64,000 nt of DNA from a bacterium (lineage in GTDB: Bacteria; UBA8248), in NCBI GenBank assembly GCA_965203325.1, contig OZ241875.1:1088001-1152000 (forward strand), read 5' to 3'. The notes under the pieces are model-generated. The model saw only the letters and a program-made list of their open reading frames with translations. It did not search any database and was not told the origin of the DNA. Positions 9,531 to 20,000 of this stretch are shown one piece after another. Position 1 is the first letter of the stretch. The number at the start of each line of letters is the position of its first letter. Position numbers and translations under genes: made by a program.

Positions 9531-10808
9531 CTAAGCTGCGTTGCTTTCCGCTTTCCTGAATAAGAGCGACGCGTTGGTTCCCCCGAAGCCGAACGAGTTT
9601 GTGATGGCACAGCCGATGTCCGCTTTCCGGGCAGAGTTGGGCACATAGTCGAGGTCGCATTCCGGATCTGCAGTGTCCAGGTTAATCGTGGGAGGAATAC
9701 ACTGGTTCTTGAGCGCCAGGATGGTGTAAACCGATTCCACGCCTCCCGCCGCACCCAGAAGATGTCCGGTCATGGATTTCGTGGAACTGACACTCAGTTT
9801 GTAGGCATGCTCGCCGAATGTTCTTTTGATGGCTGTCGTTTCGAGTCTGTCTCCCGCACCGGTGGATGTACCATGCGCGTTGATGTAATCCACCTCCTCG
9901 GGCTCGAGTCCCGCATCATTCAGCGCCATGTCCATGCAGCGGGCCGCCCCGTCACCGCCGGGGTCCGGAGAGGTGATGTGATGGGCGTCGGAAGTGAGGC
10001 CATAACCACTGAGTTCGGCGTAAATCTTCGCGCCCCGCGCCACGGCGCGTTCATAGCGCTCCAGGATCATGACGCCCGCCCCCTCCGCCATCACGAATCC
10101 ATCCCTGTCCGTATCAAAGGGGCGACTCGCCCCCTCGGGATCGTCGTTACGCGTGCTGAGCGCTCGCATCGCGCAAAATCCCGCCATGGCCAACTCCGTG
10201 ATACAAGACTCACTGCCACCGGCCACCATGACATCCACCAGGCCGCGCTGAATGCACTTCATCGCGTCCCCGATGGCGTGATTCCCGGATGCGCACGCCG
10301 TGGTCGTGCAGATGTTCGGCCCCTTCAGTCCCCAGCGTATCGAAATCTGGCCGGCGGCCAAGTTCCCCACCAACATGGGGATGAAGAAGGGACTGATGCG
10401 CGTCGGCTCTCTGGTTAGTATTAATTCCTTGTTGGCCTCGATGGCGGGCAAACCGCCCAAACCCACACCGATGATGGTGCCGTATCGCGGCGCCGTTTCC
10501 TCGTCCGGCGCTTCCAGTCCAGCATCATCGAAGGCCATTTGAGAGGCCGCAAGAGCGTACTGGATGAAAGTATCCATCTTCTTGAGTTCTTTGCGGGAAA
10601 TATAATTTTCGGGCTCGAAACCTTTTATTTCGCCGCAAATCCGCGAGGCGATCCGATCCGGAGAAAACCGCGACACTTTTCCGATGCCCGAGCGGCCCTG
10701 CATCAAGGCTTCCCAGTTTTCCTCCACCGACAAGCCCAGCGGCGTAAGCAATCCGAGCCCGGTGACGACGACCCGAACATCCGACTTCACCAAATCTTGA
10801 TTATTCAT
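9531..10808 (-). CDS. fabF: 3-oxoacyl-ACP synthase II
   Basis: VVVTGLG, TACASG, YINAHGTST, TGHLLGAAG, NSFGFGG. Confidence 0.96.
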   Translation of the reverse strand: MNNQDLVKSDVRVVVTGLGLLTPLGLSVEENWEALMQGRSGIGKVSRFSPDRIASRICGEIKGFEPENYISRKELKKMDTFIQYALAASQMAFDDAGLEAPDEETAPRYGTIIGVGLGGLPAIEANKELILTREPTRISPFFIPMLVGNLAAGQISIRWGLKGPNICTTTACASGNHAIGDAMKCIQRGLVDVMVAGGSESCITELAMAGFCAMRALSTRNDDPEGASRPFDTDRDGFVMAEGAGVMILERYERAVARGAKIYAELSGYGLTSDAHHITSPDPGGDGAARCMDMALNDAGLEPEEVDYINAHGTSTGAGDRLETTAIKRTFGEHAYKLSVSSTKSMTGHLLGAAGGVESVYTILALKNQCIPPTINLDTADPECDLDYVPNSARKADIGCAITNSFGFGGTNASLLFRKAESNAA

Positions 10809-10844
10809 GCTTCCTCTTCAGATTTGCAGACCAACGGGGTTTCT

Positions 10845-11087
10845 CTAATCTCCAGGCACCTTGCCGATATAGTCGTACGCATCCTGAACCGTGGAGATTT
10901 TTTCCGCTTCTTCATCAGGTATTTCGATACCGAATTTCTCCTCAAACGCCATGACGAGCTCTACGGTATCCAGCGAGTCCGCTCCCAGATCATCGGTAAA
11001 CGAAGCTTCCGGCACCACCTTTTCAGGCTCCACGCTCAACTGTTCCACAATGATTTCTTTGATTTGTGCTTTGATTTCATCTGTCAC
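10845..11087 (-). CDS. acpP: Acyl carrier protein
   Basis: [18 protein letters not shown]. Confidence 0.97.
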   Translation of the reverse strand: MTDEIKAQIKEIIVEQLSVEPEKVVPEASFTDDLGADSLDTVELVMAFEEKFGIEIPDEEAEKISTVQDAYDYIGKVPGD

Positions 11088-11258
11088 GCCGATTCCTCCG
11101 AAAATCTTTCTGTCAAACCGGCACCGGGTCGTCCTTTCGACAAGAACTCAGACCCGATACGCATTTACACATCTGCGGGGCGTTCATCCGAATTCGATGA
11201 CTTGCTTTTTTCTTTTCCGCTCAATGTCCTCATCAACCATCATACACGGGGATGAAAT

Positions 11259-12197
11259 TCAGTTGAACTCTCCCAAGGCCGAAACTGCTTTCTCCAGACT
11301 CTGCATATCTTCCACATTGTGCACCGGTATATCCCGCAATATCCGCCTGTTCAATCCTGAGAGCACTTTCCCGGGGCCCAGTTCGACCATCACATCGGGT
11401 TTTTCCTCACCTGCCGCCCGCACGGCGTCTTCCCAGCGCACGGCGGAGCGAATCTGCCGTTTGAGCAACTCCCTTGCCTGTTTTCCCTCCCGAACGGGTC
11501 GAGCGGTCACGTTCGCGTAGACGGGGATGGAAGGATCGCCTATCTCCGTTTCATCGAGCACTTCACTCATCCGCTCCGCAGCTTCACTCAGCAAGGAGCA
11601 ATGGAAGGGCGCTCCTACCGGAAGCATAACCGCCTTCCTGGCTCCTTTGTCCGTCGCCAAGCGAGTGGCGGATTCTACCGCATCCTTGTCTCCCGACAAG
11701 ACATATTGGCCGGGGGCATTATAATTTGCAACCTCCACCACGCCTTCCACTTCCCCGCATATGGCTTCGGCCGCCTCTCTCTCTATCCCGAGCAAGGCCG
11801 CCATGGCGCCGCCGCCCGCCGGGACGGCCTCGTGCATGAAGCGGCCCCTTTTCTTCACCAACTCGACACCCTTCTGAAAATCGATGGCCCCGGCCGCCAG
11901 AAGAGCGGAGTATTCCCCCAAGCTGTGGCCCAGGGCGAGAGAAGGCCTGAAGCCGCGCTCACACAACAGGGTGCATGCGATATGGCTATGAACGAGAATG
12001 GCGGGCTGGGTGTGACAGGTGAGCGTCAACTCCGACTTGGGGCCTTCAAAGCTGAGCCTGGCGAGATCCCACCCCAGGATATCACTCGCCCGTTCATAGG
12101 CTTCCCGAGCGAATGGATACTCATCATAGAATTGTTTGCCCATGCCGACGTACTGCGAACCTTGTCCTGGAAACAAAAACGCAATTTTCACGGCCAT
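11259..12197 (-). CDS. fabD: Malonyl-CoA:ACP transacylase
   Basis: FPGQGSQ, GHSLGEY, PFHC, ELGPG. Confidence 0.96.
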   Translation of the reverse strand: MAVKIAFLFPGQGSQYVGMGKQFYDEYPFAREAYERASDILGWDLARLSFEGPKSELTLTCHTQPAILVHSHIACTLLCERGFRPSLALGHSLGEYSALLAAGAIDFQKGVELVKKRGRFMHEAVPAGGGAMAALLGIEREAAEAICGEVEGVVEVANYNAPGQYVLSGDKDAVESATRLATDKGARKAVMLPVGAPFHCSLLSEAAERMSEVLDETEIGDPSIPVYANVTARPVREGKQARELLKRQIRSAVRWEDAVRAAGEEKPDVMVELGPGKVLSGLNRRILRDIPVHNVEDMQSLEKAVSALGEFN

Positions 12198-12302
12198 CTA
12201 GCAACCCTTACCTATGGCATGAACGGCAAAGCTTGAATCTATTATGCTCGCGAGAAAAACAGGGCGGGGGATGAAGCGAAATCATTCCGGGCGTTCATAT
12301 CG

Positions 12303-13328
12303 TCAATTCCATTCGACCAAAGCCGCACCCCAAGTGAGGCCTCCGCCGAAAGCAGCCATGAGCACATTATCTCCGCTTCGAATTTTCCCCTCCCTCACCG
12401 ATTCATCCAGAGCAACCGGGATGGTGGCCGCGGACATATTGCCATATTTGTTAATCGTGATGACTACTTTGTCCATTGACAATTCGAGCCGTTTCGCCAC
12501 GGCTTCGATAATCCGCAGATTCGCCTGATGCGGGATAAACACGTCGATGTCATCCAAGGTAAGGCCGCTTCGCTCCAGCGTTTCCTTACAGGCTCCCAGG
12601 AAATAACGCACGGCCGTCTTGAACGTCTCCTGCCCCTTCATCTGCAATAAATGCTCTTTGTTGTGCACGTCGTCCGCCGTGATCGGGGCGAACCGCGAAC
12701 CGCCTCCCGGCACCAGAATCAACTCCCCGCCACTGCCGTCGCTGTAAACTCTCGAATCCACCACACCTCTTCTGCCATTCTCCGACGCCCCTACAACAAC
12801 GGCGCCCGCTCCATCGCCCCACAAAACGCAGGTACCCCTATCCTCCCAATTGGTCATCCGCGTCATCACGTCGGCGGAAACCAGGAGCACCTTCTTCATC
12901 ATGCCCGAACGAATATAGGCATCCGCCGCCTGAAGGCCGTAGACGAAACCCGTGCACGCCGCGTTCAAGTCGAACGCCGCGGCCCTGTGCGCGCCGATAT
13001 GCGACTGAAGCCAGCAAGCCGCGGCCGGGCACATCGTGTCCGGCGTGAGAGTGGTTACGATGATGAGGTCGATTTCCTCAGCGCTCACCCCCGCTGCTTC
13101 GAGCGCATGATTGGCGGCATGAAGCGATAAGTGGGAAGTCGCTTCGTCAGCCCTCGCCACACGCCGCTCGCTGATTCCCGTTCTCTCGCGAATCCATTGG
13201 TCGCTGGTATCGACCATCTTTTCCAGATCGGCGTTCGAGAGAACTCTTTCAGGGACGTATGAACCCGTCCCCAGGATGACGGAGTGGGTCACGGTTTGAT
13301 TCCCTATTCGGGCGAGATTACTGCTCAA
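12303..13328 (-). CDS. fabH: 3-oxoacyl-ACP synthase III
   Basis: AACTGF, GDGAGA, PHQAN, YGNMSAA, FGGGLTWG; exact start uncertain. Confidence 0.95.
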   Translation of the reverse strand: MSSNLARIGNQTVTHSVILGTGSYVPERVLSNADLEKMVDTSDQWIRERTGISERRVARADEATSHLSLHAANHALEAAGVSAEEIDLIIVTTLTPDTMCPAAACWLQSHIGAHRAAAFDLNAACTGFVYGLQAADAYIRSGMMKKVLLVSADVMTRMTNWEDRGTCVLWGDGAGAVVVGASENGRRGVVDSRVYSDGSGGELILVPGGGSRFAPITADDVHNKEHLLQMKGQETFKTAVRYFLGACKETLERSGLTLDDIDVFIPHQANLRIIEAVAKRLELSMDKVVITINKYGNMSAATIPVALDESVREGKIRSGDNVLMAAFGGGLTWGAALVEWN

Positions 13329-13359
13329 ATGTGATGGTAGTCGAAAACAGGCTCAGATA

Positions 13360-14484
13360 TCAAGAAGACGAATTTTCTTCATCTTCTTCATCGCCGCTCT
13401 TTTTTTCGTCCTCCGTTACCTTTTCGTAGAAAATGCCCGTTCGTATCTGATTCCACAAACGCCAGCCCACATCTCCGCTGCGCTGTATGGAGATATGCTT
13501 GTCGATTTCTTTTTGTATCTTCGCGTTCAGATCGACCTTGACGATACTCGCCGTCGTACGGATGGCGTTTTTCACGGCCTTCGAGTTGCTGCGGCCGTGT
13601 CCGATTGTGCAAATTCCCCCCAAACCCAGCAACGGCGCCGCTCCGTATTCGGAATAATCGGTTCTCTGGCGCATGGATTTCAGCCCGTTCTGCAAAAACA
13701 TATACCCAATCTTGCTGCGCACAGAACCCACGATTTCCTCTCTGAGCAGCGTCGTCAGCATTTCACTGAGACTCTCGCTCACCTTCAAGGCCACGTTTCC
13801 CGCGAACCCGTCGCACACGACCACGTCCGTGTCGCCCTGAAAAATCGTGCTCCCCTCTACATTGCCCACAAAATTCAAATCGCTTTTCACGAAAATCTCA
13901 TGGACCGCCTTGAGCACGTCGGTTCCTTTGGAATCCTCTCCCCCCACGTTCAGCAGACCCACCGTGGGCGCGGGTTTCCTGAACACCTCTTCGGTATACA
14001 CGGCTCCCATAACGCCGAACTGGAACAGGTGCTGCGCCCGCGGGGTCAGGTTCGCTCCCACGTCCAGCATGACGGAAAAGCCTTTGAGGGTGGGGATCAA
14101 GGCGGCAATGGCGGGCCGTTGAACCCCCGGCATGCGCTGCAAAACAGCCAGGCCCGTGGCAAAGGCGCCTCCGGTGTCGCCTGCGCTGAACACCGCCTGC
14201 GCTTCATCGTCCTTCACCAACTGGAGGGCGACGCGCATGGATGAATCCGGCTTGGACTTCACCGATTTCGTGGGTGATTCGCCCATCCCGATGACTTGAC
14301 TCGCCGAGCGAATATCGAAGGTGTCCTTGGAGGCTCCGAGGCGCTTGAGTTCCGCCTCGATTCGCTCCGGCTCACCCACCAATACGGATTCGATACCCTC
14401 TTCGCGGTGAGCATCCAACGCTCCTTCTACGATCGCCGAAGGCGCGTTGTCCCCTCCCATGGCATCTATCGCTATTTTCATCAT
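13360..14484 (-). CDS. plsX: Phosphate acyltransferase PlsX
   Basis: IAIDAMGGD, RPAIA, DVVVCDGFAGNVALK, GHGRS. Confidence 0.95.
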   Translation of the reverse strand: MMKIAIDAMGGDNAPSAIVEGALDAHREEGIESVLVGEPERIEAELKRLGASKDTFDIRSASQVIGMGESPTKSVKSKPDSSMRVALQLVKDDEAQAVFSAGDTGGAFATGLAVLQRMPGVQRPAIAALIPTLKGFSVMLDVGANLTPRAQHLFQFGVMGAVYTEEVFRKPAPTVGLLNVGGEDSKGTDVLKAVHEIFVKSDLNFVGNVEGSTIFQGDTDVVVCDGFAGNVALKVSESLSEMLTTLLREEIVGSVRSKIGYMFLQNGLKSMRQRTDYSEYGAAPLLGLGGICTIGHGRSNSKAVKNAIRTTASIVKVDLNAKIQKEIDKHISIQRSGDVGWRLWNQIRTGIFYEKVTEDEKKSGDEEDEENSSS

Positions 14485-14496
14485 CTCTATCCAGCG

Positions 14497-14682
14497 TTAG
14501 TATTGTCCCTTCACATCTAAAACTTTTTGCCCCTTGTAATACCCGCAGACATTGCACACCCGGTGGGGCAGCACCGGACTATTGCAATTCGAGCAAAACG
14601 CAACCGATGGTTTCGCCACCTTGTAGTGTGTTCTTCTTTTGCGGCCTCGCGTCTGCGAGTGCCGACGTTTGGGAAGCCCCAC
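14497..14682 (-). CDS. rpmF: 50S ribosomal protein L32 (zinc-finger type)
   Basis: PKRRHS...RRTH, CxxC...PHRVCxxCGYY; directly upstream of plsX. Confidence 0.95.
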   Translation of the reverse strand: MGLPKRRHSQTRGRKRRTHYKVAKPSVAFCSNCNSPVLPHRVCNVCGYYKGQKVLDVKGQY

Positions 14683-14823
14683 AGCACCGTACTCCTCTCA
14701 CAATAATACGTTAAACACGGGCAATTCCCGCCGATGTCCTCTCGGCTCCATGCCCGAAAACAGAATCCTTACATACTAACATATTTCAAATTTCAGATTC
14801 ACCACGCACGAAGGACACAAAAT

Positions 14824-15360
14824 TCATGCGGGGTCCTCCGGTTTCCAGCCCTTGAGCGGCCCCCACCGCGGGTCCGACCCCGCGCCCGCGCCGACGGATT
14901 CTCCCTCATCGAGTTTACGGCAAGTTTCAGGCGCCTCTCCCAGACATTTATCAGGACATCGGGGCTGAATGGGAATCGCCAGCCCGATTTGATCGCGAAC
15001 GGGCGTCGTCAGGTCCGCCGTTTCATTTTCGATGTATGCGGCCTCGATATCTTCTTCTTTCAGCTCAACTTCATCTTCTGAGGCGAGGTCTGGCGGCATT
15101 CGCGAAAAATAGACGGCCAACGGCTCGCTGAACGGGTAAGGAAATTCCGCCAGTCCGAGAGAACACTCCAGCAAAAACCGACCGCTCAACCGCCCCTGAA
15201 AACTCACCTCATCAGAGCCTGTTCTCTCCAACTTGCCGATGAGCTTTAGACTTGATGCCCGGAACCAGATTTCCTCCAAATCAGCCGGCTCTAAATCCAC
15301 AGAGACGTCCAGGCCGTCATCCGGAATCTGGGCGAGAGGAAATTGAAGTATTTTCCCCAT
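14824..15360 (-). CDS. YceD/DUF177 family protein
   Basis: Upstream of rpmF; DLTTPVRDQIGLAIP, CPDKCLG and DPRWGPLK motifs; start uncertain. Confidence 0.8.
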   Translation of the reverse strand: MGKILQFPLAQIPDDGLDVSVDLEPADLEEIWFRASSLKLIGKLERTGSDEVSFQGRLSGRFLLECSLGLAEFPYPFSEPLAVYFSRMPPDLASEDEVELKEEDIEAAYIENETADLTTPVRDQIGLAIPIQPRCPDKCLGEAPETCRKLDEGESVGAGAGSDPRWGPLKGWKPEDPA

Positions 15361-15558
15361 ATCGTTTCCCCGGAGGAGGTGCTCGACCAGACGGGCGTAC
15401 GACTTGATCATCACGGCGCATCGCGCTTCAAACCTCCCGATGCCTGAATTCAAAATATAGGGAGGTGTCGAGTCATGTCAAATTACATCGCCGGGATCCG
15501 GCAAGTATGTCCCGTATTCGATTGAATTTACGCACATCTCATCGTCGAGTCGGCGTAT

Positions 15559-16509
15559 CTACCCCCCCGGTCGCAGCAGTTCCAGGAGCCTTCCCTCGCG
15601 AACACCACCGGTCGATACGCCCAACGCCTTCTTTCGTCCCCACCGCATCAGCGCGCGTACGACGATAAGCCCGGCGAGCGCCACGTCCTCGCGCCCCGGT
15701 TCGAAGCCTGCCAGCTCTCTCCTTCCCTCGTAAGTCAGCCCGGCAAACCGGTTGACCCATTCTTCGAAAAAAGAGTTCGGCAACGAAACGCCGTCTATGC
15801 GCCCGCCCGGCGGCGCGCCTTCCGTCAAAAACCAAGCCAACGCCACCACCCCCCCACAGCCGATGAAGGGGATATCCGCCAGTTCCGCCCCGGCGAAATC
15901 AACATCCGCCAACATCGCCTCCACCGCCTCCGAACAGGCCTGCACCTGTTCATCCGGCGTGGGCATGTTCTTCAGATAGCGCTCCGTCAGATACACCACG
16001 CCGGCGGGAAGGCTCGCCATTTTTCGAACCTCGCCACGCCCGGAGAGTATGACTTCGAGACTTCCTCCGCCGACGTCGAACACCAACGCGCGCTCGGGCT
16101 TGGCCTCCTCATCGGCGAAAACACCCGCCAGCGCCAGGCGCGCTTCCTCCTCGGGCGGAATCACGCGCATCGAAACCCCCAGTTGCAGGGCGCGCTCGAT
16201 AAACACATCCGCGTTTCGCGCCTCACGCAGCGCGCTGGTCGCGAGGCCGTCCGTGAGGCCGACGCGATTCTTTTCAATGATTTGCGCAAACCGGGAAAGG
16301 CAGGCAAGCCCTCTCTCCATGGCGCTTTCAGAGAGCACTCCTGTTTCGCGGACCCCCTCGCCCAGACGAATCAGCTCCCGCCAGCGGCCCCGCGACTCCA
16401 GCCTGCCCGCATCATCGAGCGTGGCGAGCGCCAGGCGGGCCGCGTTCGTGCCCAAATCCACCACCGCGGCAAGCGGGGCCGGGGATTCGGCGCAGGCCTG
16501 TTCAGACAT
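15559..16509 (-). CDS. Ppx/GppA phosphatase family protein
   Basis: VDLGTNA, ATSALREARN, EEARL, DVGGGSLE, GVREG. Confidence 0.88.
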   Translation of the reverse strand: MSEQACAESPAPLAAVVDLGTNAARLALATLDDAGRLESRGRWRELIRLGEGVRETGVLSESAMERGLACLSRFAQIIEKNRVGLTDGLATSALREARNADVFIERALQLGVSMRVIPPEEEARLALAGVFADEEAKPERALVFDVGGGSLEVILSGRGEVRKMASLPAGVVYLTERYLKNMPTPDEQVQACSEAVEAMLADVDFAGAELADIPFIGCGGVVALAWFLTEGAPPGGRIDGVSLPNSFFEEWVNRFAGLTYEGRRELAGFEPGREDVALAGLIVVRALMRWGRKKALGVSTGGVREGRLLELLRPGG

Positions 16510-16533
16510 GAAAAAAGAGGATTTTCGGTGCGG

Positions 16534-17043
16534 TCATGAATTTCTGAAGCGTTCCTTGTTGTTCATATAGGAGACGGCCGCGTTCTTGAAACGCTCTATT
16601 TCCTCATCGCTCAGATCGCGAACATACTTCGCGGGCGCGCCCAGCCAAAGAGTACCGGGCTGGATCACTTTATTCTCGGGTACGACGGCGCCCGCTCCGA
16701 CGACGGCGCCCTCGCCCACCTTCACGTTGTTGAGCACGATGGCGCCCATCGCGATGACGGCGCCGTCTCCCACATGGCACCCATGCACGATGGCCATGTG
16801 GCCCACGGTAATGTCGTCGCCCAGAACGCAGTCGTATTTGCCGCTTTCGATGTGCAGAATGGAGCCATCCTGTATGTTGGTGCGCTTGCCCACGCGGATG
16901 GGCATGTGGTCCCCGCGCAATACACAGTGGTACCAGACGCTGCTGTGCTCGCCGATCTCAACGTCGCCGATGACGGCGGCGGTCTCCGCCAGCCATGCGG
17001 TTTCATGAACTTTGGGCAGCACTCCCTCGAAGGGAATCAACAT
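16534..17043 (-). CDS. Gamma carbonic anhydrase family protein (hexapeptide repeat)
   Basis: IGDVEIG, LRGD, TNIQDGSILH, VGHMAIVHGC. Confidence 0.92.
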   Translation of the reverse strand: MLIPFEGVLPKVHETAWLAETAAVIGDVEIGEHSSVWYHCVLRGDHMPIRVGKRTNIQDGSILHIESGKYDCVLGDDITVGHMAIVHGCHVGDGAVIAMGAIVLNNVKVGEGAVVGAGAVVPENKVIQPGTLWLGAPAKYVRDLSDEEIERFKNAAVSYMNNKERFRNS

Positions 17044-17073
17044 GAGCGTCTTCTCCCTGGTTTGGTTTCCGGC

Positions 17074-18558
17074 TCAAAGGTTTGACGTTCGGCCGCGCAC
17101 GGCGGCGAACAGCGGCCCGGGGACCGCGCGCGAAGCCTGAGAGTCCTTCAGCAGGGGCAAGTTGTCAAACATCGTTCGCCGCTCCTCCAGAATCTGTTTG
17201 AAGGCCGGACGCAGCGAACGGGGAAGCGGCATGCCTTTGGGGAGTTTCGCCTTCAGGGGGTTCAAATACCGTCCACGGCGGGTGATCCGGTAATCCAGAT
17301 GAGGACCCGTGGACAAGCCCGTGGAACCCACGTAGCCGATCACCTGGCCCTGGAGGACCCGCCTGCCCCTGCGAATCCCGCGCGCGTACCGATACAGATG
17401 GAGATAGGAGGTCCGATAACCGCCGCCATGACGCAGTTTGATCGTCTTGCCGGCCTGGCTTTTGCGGCCCACCCAGGTGACGACGCCATCGGCGACCGCA
17501 TGGACGGGCGTCCCACGGGGCGCAGCGTAGTCGACGCCGAAGTGGGGGCGGTAGCGCTTGAGCAGGGGGTGAAAGCGCTTCTTCGAGAAACGCGAACTGA
17601 TTCGCGTATAGCGAAGCGGAGATCGCAAAAAGGCGCGCCTCAGGGATTCGCCCTCGACGTTGTAATACCTGCCGCCTCCGCCCTCGAAATACACCGCGGT
17701 GTGCCGCCTCTTCCCCACGATGAACTCGGCCGCCAGAATCCTCCCGTAACCAACGAATTCATCTCTCAAGTGCTTTCGCTCGACCAGGGCCTCCACCTGG
17801 TCTCCACTTTGCAAATCCTTGTGAAAGTCAATGACAAACGCAAAAATATCGCTGAGCTTGTTCACCAGGACGGGAGAGCCGCCGCCATCGGCAATGGCTT
17901 TATACAAGGAACTATGGATGCGGGATTGAATGCGAACGACGTCTACCGAATAAGGTATGTCCTCTTTCGAGGCCGTCATCGCACCGTTCGGCGCTCGCGA
18001 AATTCTGAGTCGGCTTTCATTGTCGAGTTGAAGAACGAATTCACGGAGTTCGCCGCCTTTTTTTTTCACCTCATACCGGCGACCCGCCCGGATGCGCGAA
18101 AAAATACGTTTTTCACGGACGCTATCCAGGACTTTCTGAATCACCGAACGGGGCACATCGTGCGCCATCAACACGCCGATGACCGTGTCCGCTTTGGAGA
18201 ATTTGCCGGCTTCCGTGGTGAGTTTTTCCTCTTTCGGCAAACTCTTGGTTGGTTGATCCCGGGTGATTTTCTTTAAAGTATTTTCATCCGGCCTCTCGCC
18301 CACCCGATGCCGGGGCGCTTTGGCGATTTCCCGCTGCGTCTTGTCTTCAAGCGCTTTTTCGGTGACGCGCGCATCCGGACGCGGCGCATTCTTTCCAGAC
18401 GATTCGGAAGGGGGATGAACTACGGAGCGGCCGCTCAACAACACGCTGATGCCCAGCGCCAGCAATACGCCGACCACGCAGACCATCGCGGAACTGCTGG
18501 TGGATTTTAGTTTCGAAATAAATTGCGTGACGAGACGCGCGCGCCTCTTGCGCATCAC
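17074..18558 (-). CDS. M23 family peptidoglycan DD-endopeptidase (MepM-like) with N-terminal membrane anchor
   Basis: HFGVDYAAP and STGPHLDY motifs, RISSRF...RFHP, hydrophobic N-terminal segment. Confidence 0.9.
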   Translation of the reverse strand: MMRKRRARLVTQFISKLKSTSSSAMVCVVGVLLALGISVLLSGRSVVHPPSESSGKNAPRPDARVTEKALEDKTQREIAKAPRHRVGERPDENTLKKITRDQPTKSLPKEEKLTTEAGKFSKADTVIGVLMAHDVPRSVIQKVLDSVREKRIFSRIRAGRRYEVKKKGGELREFVLQLDNESRLRISRAPNGAMTASKEDIPYSVDVVRIQSRIHSSLYKAIADGGGSPVLVNKLSDIFAFVIDFHKDLQSGDQVEALVERKHLRDEFVGYGRILAAEFIVGKRRHTAVYFEGGGGRYYNVEGESLRRAFLRSPLRYTRISSRFSKKRFHPLLKRYRPHFGVDYAAPRGTPVHAVADGVVTWVGRKSQAGKTIKLRHGGGYRTSYLHLYRYARGIRRGRRVLQGQVIGYVGSTGLSTGPHLDYRITRRGRYLNPLKAKLPKGMPLPRSLRPAFKQILEERRTMFDNLPLLKDSQASRAVPGPLFAAVRGRTSNL

Positions 18559-18920
18559 GAGTCCTTTCGCAACATCGGGCGGACTTCATACAAAACCGGC
18601 AGGTACAAGAGAAAACTTCATCTTGCTGTTGAAGTATCACTATAGCAAATTTTTCTGATTTCTCAAATTTCTATTTCGCAATCCCTCCCGAAAACAAGAA
18701 CTCTCCGGGCATTCATGGGCCAACCTGTTGCAGAACGATTCCCCGCCCTCCTCAAATGTGACTCTCTCCCGCGCATTTGCCCGCATTTGCGAGGCGAACG
18801 CTCCTCCCCGATTCCCATATATTCGGTGACCTCGGCGCCTTCCTGCGCCGGAGTGATGCCGAAACCCAGGCGGGAGCCAGGGATTTTCCCGACATGGAAC
18901 GCCCCGCCCAGGAGAGTGGA

Positions 18921-20000
18921 ATGGGACACCGCTTCATGTACCGAAATCTCATTGACGACGAGACGCTCATCACCGCCACTTCCGTGGAGAAGGGGTTCGT
19001 CGGCGCAGGCGTGCCCCGCGTCGCGAATGCGGGCGGCTCGATGGTCTTCTCGGGCGCCTACGCCGGAGAGGACCAGGAAGTCTACTTCGCCGAAATCGAA
19101 GCGCCGGGCGACGTGGGAAGCGCCCGTTTCAGGTGGCGCAAGACATCGACACCCGCGGGCGGCTGGGAAGCCTCGAACATCCCCACCGCGCTGACGGATA
19201 CCGCCCTGGACTCGGGCGTGAAGGTCCGCTTCGTGAGCGGCGCGAGTTCACCCGCTTTCGCCTTGGGAGATCATTGGCAGGCGACGGCGAATCGCTTTTT
19301 TTCTCCAAGAAGAATCTACGATCTCGACCCCGCCACGAAGATGAGAAGCGCCTCGCCGCCCGAGGACCCATGGTCGCTCGCCCTTGATTTCGGTGAGGAG
19401 AAATCTCCCGACGTATTCATCGCCCACCTCCACAATTTCCCGCCCGGCGCAAGTCTCCGGATTCAGGCGAACGGGTCTGCAGACTGGCGCGCGCCCGCAC
19501 TCGATGAAAGGCCCATCTGGCGCAGCGGCACGCTCATCCACTATTTCGCCACCACGCCGCGCTCATACCGCCACTGGCGTTTTCTGGCCGAGGGCGTAGC
19601 CGCCGGTCAGGCTGCCTGTCTGGAAGTCTCGGAAATCTATCTGGGGGACTTTTTCGAGCCAGCCGACCATTTCTGGTTCGGGAACGTGGTGGGAGAAGAA
19701 GCTTTTGAGGAAACAAGCCGCACGGAAAGTATGGCGGAGCGTCCGGTGCTCTTGAATCGCGGCCGCAGGATCACCCTTCCCTACGAGCGCATATCGGATG
19801 AGCAGCGAGGTGCGTTTCTCGCCATGTACCGCGCGGTGAAGGACGTCGACGCCAGGCGGGCCAAGCCGTTTTTCGTTCACCTGGACGTGGACGACCCCGC
19901 CTCGGTCATTCTCGCCCACCTCACGGGCGGCTTCTTGCCGCAACAGACGGGGTCGGACGACTTCTCCTTCGAACTCGAACTCAGGGAAAGACTCGCATGA
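18921..20000 (+). CDS. Hypothetical phage tail protein (distal-tail-like)
   Basis: ATG behind AGGAGAG; YRHWRF...LEVSEIYLG and terminal FELELRE resemble siphophage distal tail proteins; overlaps next gene (ATGA). Confidence 0.5.
   Translation: MGHRFMYRNLIDDETLITATSVEKGFVGAGVPRVANAGGSMVFSGAYAGEDQEVYFAEIEAPGDVGSARFRWRKTSTPAGGWEASNIPTALTDTALDSGVKVRFVSGASSPAFALGDHWQATANRFFSPRRIYDLDPATKMRSASPPEDPWSLALDFGEEKSPDVFIAHLHNFPPGASLRIQANGSADWRAPALDERPIWRSGTLIHYFATTPRSYRHWRFLAEGVAAGQAACLEVSEIYLGDFFEPADHFWFGNVVGEEAFEETSRTESMAERPVLLNRGRRITLPYERISDEQRGAFLAMYRAVKDVDARRAKPFFVHLDVDDPASVILAHLTGGFLPQQTGSDDFSFELELRERLA

Noticed and set aside
9467..9754. N-terminal extension of the rnc ORF overlapping fabF
   Set aside because: Non-protein-like alternate-frame sequence; the real start is more plausibly near 9466.
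14761..14776. CAGAATCC(C)TTACATA shared with 25783-25798
   Set aside because: Only about 15 nt and two copies; cannot be separated from chance.
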